From the NCBI RefSeq assembly GCF_902459465.1, contig NC_047082.1:8246001-8310000 (forward strand): a DNA stretch of 64,000 bases, read 5' to 3'. A program made the translations under genes and the position numbers. Source of the DNA: Asterias rubens. Its lineage: Eukaryota. The notes under the pieces are model-generated. The model ran no database searches. It was not told where the DNA came from and saw only the letters and a program-made list of their open reading frames with translations. This document shows, piece by piece, positions 59,775-64,000 of this stretch (positions are counted from its first letter, which is position 1; each line of letters starts with the position of its first letter).

Positions 59775-62700
59775 ATGACCGGTGCGCGGAAGCAACGAGC
59801 GAGGATGGAATTGGCGTTGCTTTATGGTGTTTCATGTATCCTGATCATTACAGGTAAGTTAGTGGTTAATCCATTTGTCTTCAAAAGCAGTTGTTGGGGT
59901 AATTTGGGTCCGCAATTTGGGGGTGAGGATGGGGGTTTAGGGGATCGTTTTTGAGCGGGGAGAAGATTCCACAGCAAATAATTTACATATTTTGACTTGG
60001 ACATTATCCATTTTAACTTGGGTTTATTTAGAAGACAATATGAATGATATCAGAAGTGGCAAACCCACGTCACTTCGCACTCCAGTCTTTTCGTACCCAA
60101 GACATTTTGCACCAAAGTCATTTTGTATCCAAGTCATTCCGCACCAAAGTCACTTCGTACCTAAGTCACTTCGTACCCAAGTCATTTCGTTCGTACCCAA
60201 GTCACTTCGTACCTATAAAAGTCACTTCGTACCCAAGTCATTTCGTACCCAAGTCACTTCGTACCCAAGTCACTTCGTACCCAAGTCATTTCGTACCTAA
60301 GTCACTTCGTACCCAAGTCATTTCGTACCCAAGTCACTTCGTACCCAAGTTTCTTCGTACCAAAGTCACTTCGCACCCATACGGGGAGCTGTTGTGAAAC
60401 ATTGTGTGAAACGAGACTCCCTCTGAAGTAACGTAGTTTTTGAGACATGTAGTTTCTCTCCAATTGTTTTTATTTAACTATTTAAATATGAAAAAGACTT
60501 CGGGCCTGTGAGGCCTTTCTTCCTTCTGAAAGCACACATACATGTATACCGTTTTTTCTTCATTATTTTTGTGCAACTTTGATGACCAATAATGTGCTCA
60601 GTTCATGTATTTGCTATTTTATGGATATGTTGGGATTCACAAAGTGAGGGTACTGGTCTTTGACAACCACCTAGAGTATCCAGTGTATTTAAGCATGTTG
60701 GACACAGCGGTCGGTTAATATCCCTTTGCTTATTGTTACTTATTTGTACTTCATATTATTGATATTATGGCATATAGAATTGAGGAAATGCAAATTTCTT
60801 TCTATAACTTGAATTGATTGATGTTTTGGTTGAGTAGTCACACTCAGTCGGACTCGAAGTCTGGTGTCTGAGTCAGTAGGGGTTGGGCTGAAACACGGTC
60901 AGTACACCTGTGTCCTTAGGCAAGACACTTAACCATAATTGCTACTCACACCAAGGAATATGGGTGAAAAACAGTTGCAAATGTGTCCGAAAGCCTCCTA
61001 CCTTGAATACCGTTTGAGTTGACTATCAAAATATGTTCGAATTGTTTACTTTCTAAATACATGTACGTGACAGAAAGTATATGCGGATTGTATTTAATGG
61101 TCAAACAGTAGAAGGGTGTTAGACCAAACAAAGTTCGGGTTAGTTATCTGCGAGGTGATAGTTGGCCAGCAGGCCTGTATGCTTCATTTTTGAAAGTGCA
61201 ATGGCACCAATGCATCATCTCCTGGGCACATCAATAAAAGACATTTTTAAATTCTACTGGAGCATTTCATTAAGGGAATCAAAGCCAAAGGGCACGGAAT
61301 ATCAGGCCTGGTTGGTTTAATAACGCTTAAAAGAGCATTACAGAATTTGCTTTTGCTAAAAAAAACACTTGCTGGCAGTGTAAGCACTTTTATGTTATCC
61401 ACCATATTATACATAAACTGACAAAACCTAGAAATTTGAAATCGACAGGCCATCTTTGCCACAAGAAAATAGTGGAAACCGATTACTTTTACATCGATTA
61501 AAAAAAACACGAATGAAACACTCACTCAGCGATAAACTCAAACGGGATATTGTTTTATTTATTTCTCATCAGTATGACATTTCAGACAAAATATTTCAAG
61601 GGATGTTCTACTATCATCATCTTTAGACCGAGAGCTAAATGTAGGTTAGTCTGTGAACTTAGACGAGTTTTTTTTCCTACAAAATCTGTAATGTTCATTT
61701 CATGTATGTCTTAAGATTAAGATCTCTCAATTAACAGCTGAGGTATTACTTTTGTATGTCTACGTAATTGTATACAGGATCAGCAGATGCACTGTGTAAT
61801 GCTTGCAACTGCACGGCTCTTGGGAACTCAACTAGAGAAACAATCAAAGCAGACAACGACTCGAATGGTGATACATGTTCATGTACAATCACATGTTCTG
61901 CAGGTTTCCAACGAAATAGCGTCAGTTACATTGCAATGTGTGTGGAACAGGAATGGGACAGAGATGGATCATGTGACATAGGTAAGTTAACTGACATAAG
62001 TTAAAGGCACTGTACACTATTGGTATATACTCAATTGTCAGTGTTAAAACTTACTTGTGTATGCAACATTTTGAGAAATGGCTCCCTCTGAAGTAGGCCT
62101 ATTGTAGTTTTTGAGAAAGAGGTAATTTTTCACTCAAAATATCAAAAGACTTAAAGGCACTGGAAACTATTGGTAACTACTCAAAATAATTGTTAGCATT
62201 AAAACTTACTTGGTAACAATCAATGGAGAGCTGTTAATAGTATAAAACAATGTGAGAAACGGCTCCCTCTGAAGTAACGTAGTTTTCGAGAAAGAAGTAA
62301 TTTTCCACTAATATTATTTGAATTTGATTTCGAGATCTCAGAATAAGATTTTGAGGTCCTGAATTCAAGCATCTGAGAGCACACAGCTTCGTGTGGCAAA
62401 GGTGTTTTTTCTTCCATTATTATCTCGTAACTTTGGCGACCAATTGAGTTCAAATTGTCACATGTTTGTTATTTTATGCATATGTTGAGATAAACCAAGT
62501 GAGAAGACTGGTCTTTGACAATTACCAATAGTGTCCCGTGTCTTTAAGGTCTGAAGCCTTTCTAAGGCATCTGAAAGTACAACAATTTTTGGGGTGTTTT
62601 TTCTTGCTTTGTGCTCTTGCAATTTCGATGACCAATTGAGTCCAAATTTTCAAAGATTTGTTATTTTATGCATATTATGTTGGGATACACCAAGTGAGAA

Positions 62701-64000
62701 TACTGGTCTTTGACAATACGTTGGGGAGGTATGTGCTTTCTGCTCAACCAGCCAGGCTTCTGATGGATGATACCCAAGCCTTCATCCGCATGGACTATAA
62801 ACGGGGTAACCCAGGAGTAAGTGGCAACGACCCCTGAACCATAGTTGTTGTACCCCACGCCTGTATAAGGGGCCTTCAGGCCACAAAAGTAATAACCAAA
62901 AGTATCCTGACCAGTGCCTTTAAGAAATCATTTTTTCTTTTCTTTTTTTTTGGGGGGGGGGGGGGGGGGGGAGTCGGCTGGTTGCCGAGGTCTATCCTGC
63001 CAAGTATGAAAAGTGATCGCAGATTGAAGTTAATTAAATGGGTTGTTTGTGTGTTTATTGATTCCAGAATCTTCGGTTTTCATCGCCGCAGCTATTATGT
63101 TAGTCGTCATTTTAATCTTCGGTCTTTGCGTTATTCTCCTGTGTAAAAGGTGGGTACCACTGAAGCATAACACAATTTGTGCCAACCAGAAATCATTTAA
63201 CCAGTTAAAATACTATCAGGTAGCATTTGCAGCTGGTTTCTTGTTTATGCTTACAGACATACCTTTGGTTTTTGGAACCTTTCGATTTTCCAGGGGATTT
63301 TAGACATTTGCGTTCGATTGTCTATTATAGTAGTTGAATACAATGAAATCAATCCGGTGAAAAAGTTAATTTCTAAAGGTGGTCGCGTTTTTATGAGAGA
63401 AGAAACTACAGAGAAAAATGTCCATGCAGGAATTGGGACAATCGCCGTAGGATCACAACATCTGAGAAGCGTTACCGCTGTAACGCTTTTTATGTTCAGC
63501 ATTTTGATTTAAAGTGATGACTTTTCCACAACCGCAGCACTACGAAAAGAAATATGACCCAAAATGCATTATACATGGATTATAAATACCTCGTAAGTTT
63601 GCATTGATTTAGCAAGAACAAAAAGCAACTGGGCATGTTTCAGTCACTTGTTGAGGAGGGTGCCATTTGACATAAATATACTCAAGTTACGAAGAAATTT
63701 AAATTGTGTGTGTTTTCTTTGCGTTACAATTCGTTTTTCTTCTAAGATGGCGGCAGGGTGACGATGCTGTGTTATTTATTAAAGATTGTATGCCTATGTT
63801 TCAGAATACATTGTAGCCTACGCATAATAATAATCACACGTGTTTTTAAAATGAACTAAGGAAAGTCAGAATTATTGACGATTGTCATATACCCTTTCCG
63901 TTGTCAACTAATTACTGTCTATTAATTATTAGCTCCCTTTTATGTTTGCCTTTCAGGAGTAAACGCGAACGCAAAATGTATAACTATGACATATCCCTCG
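59775..64000 (+). CDS. Single Sushi-like domain type I TM receptor, paralogue 3 (3' end outside window)
   Basis: Exons 59775-59853 (SP), 61778-61981 (8-Cys Sushi-like, C..GFQRNSVS....C...EW...GSCDI), 63068-63149 (TM) and 63957 to the window end (RSKRERKMYNYDISL). The phases are the same as in the other paralogues. Confidence 0.75.
60065..60380. repeat. 16-bp minisatellite (aagtcacttcgtaccc)n
   Basis: About 18-20 visible units in intron 1 of receptor paralogue 3. Confidence 0.85.

Overview
Eukaryotic, AT-rich, intron-containing DNA. It is probably from an echinoderm (sea star); this is inferred from gene content and repeat style and is not verified. All gene models below were spliced by hand from GT(GC)-AG sites with consistent exon phases. 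From left to right: (1) the 5' part of a syntaxin-7/12 gene on the minus strand, running out of the window; (2) a divergent small two-pass membrane protein gene; (3) a satellite of about 22 x 90 bp built from a SINE core; (4) a 12-exon, about 1074-aa receptor (signal peptide-Sushi-Sushi-CTL-CTL-Sushi-Sushi-mucin-TM-tail). Its second intron hosts two antisense, intronless, secreted CTL+PAN lectin genes; (5) three divergent paralogues encoding tiny single Sushi-like-domain TM receptors with extra cysteines, one with a tyrosine-rich acidic tail; (6) an ADAMTS-type M12B metalloprotease on the minus strand between two of these paralogues. It has an intact HELGHNLGMRHD motif, but no ancillary-domain exons were recognised. 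The window also holds many TTAA-flanked and other MITEs, tRNA-derived SINEs, Penelope-type ends with hammerhead-like cores, and several minisatellites. The most interesting signal is the apparent lectin/Sushi innate-immune receptor cluster with an embedded protease and a kB-C/EBP-kB motif cluster.
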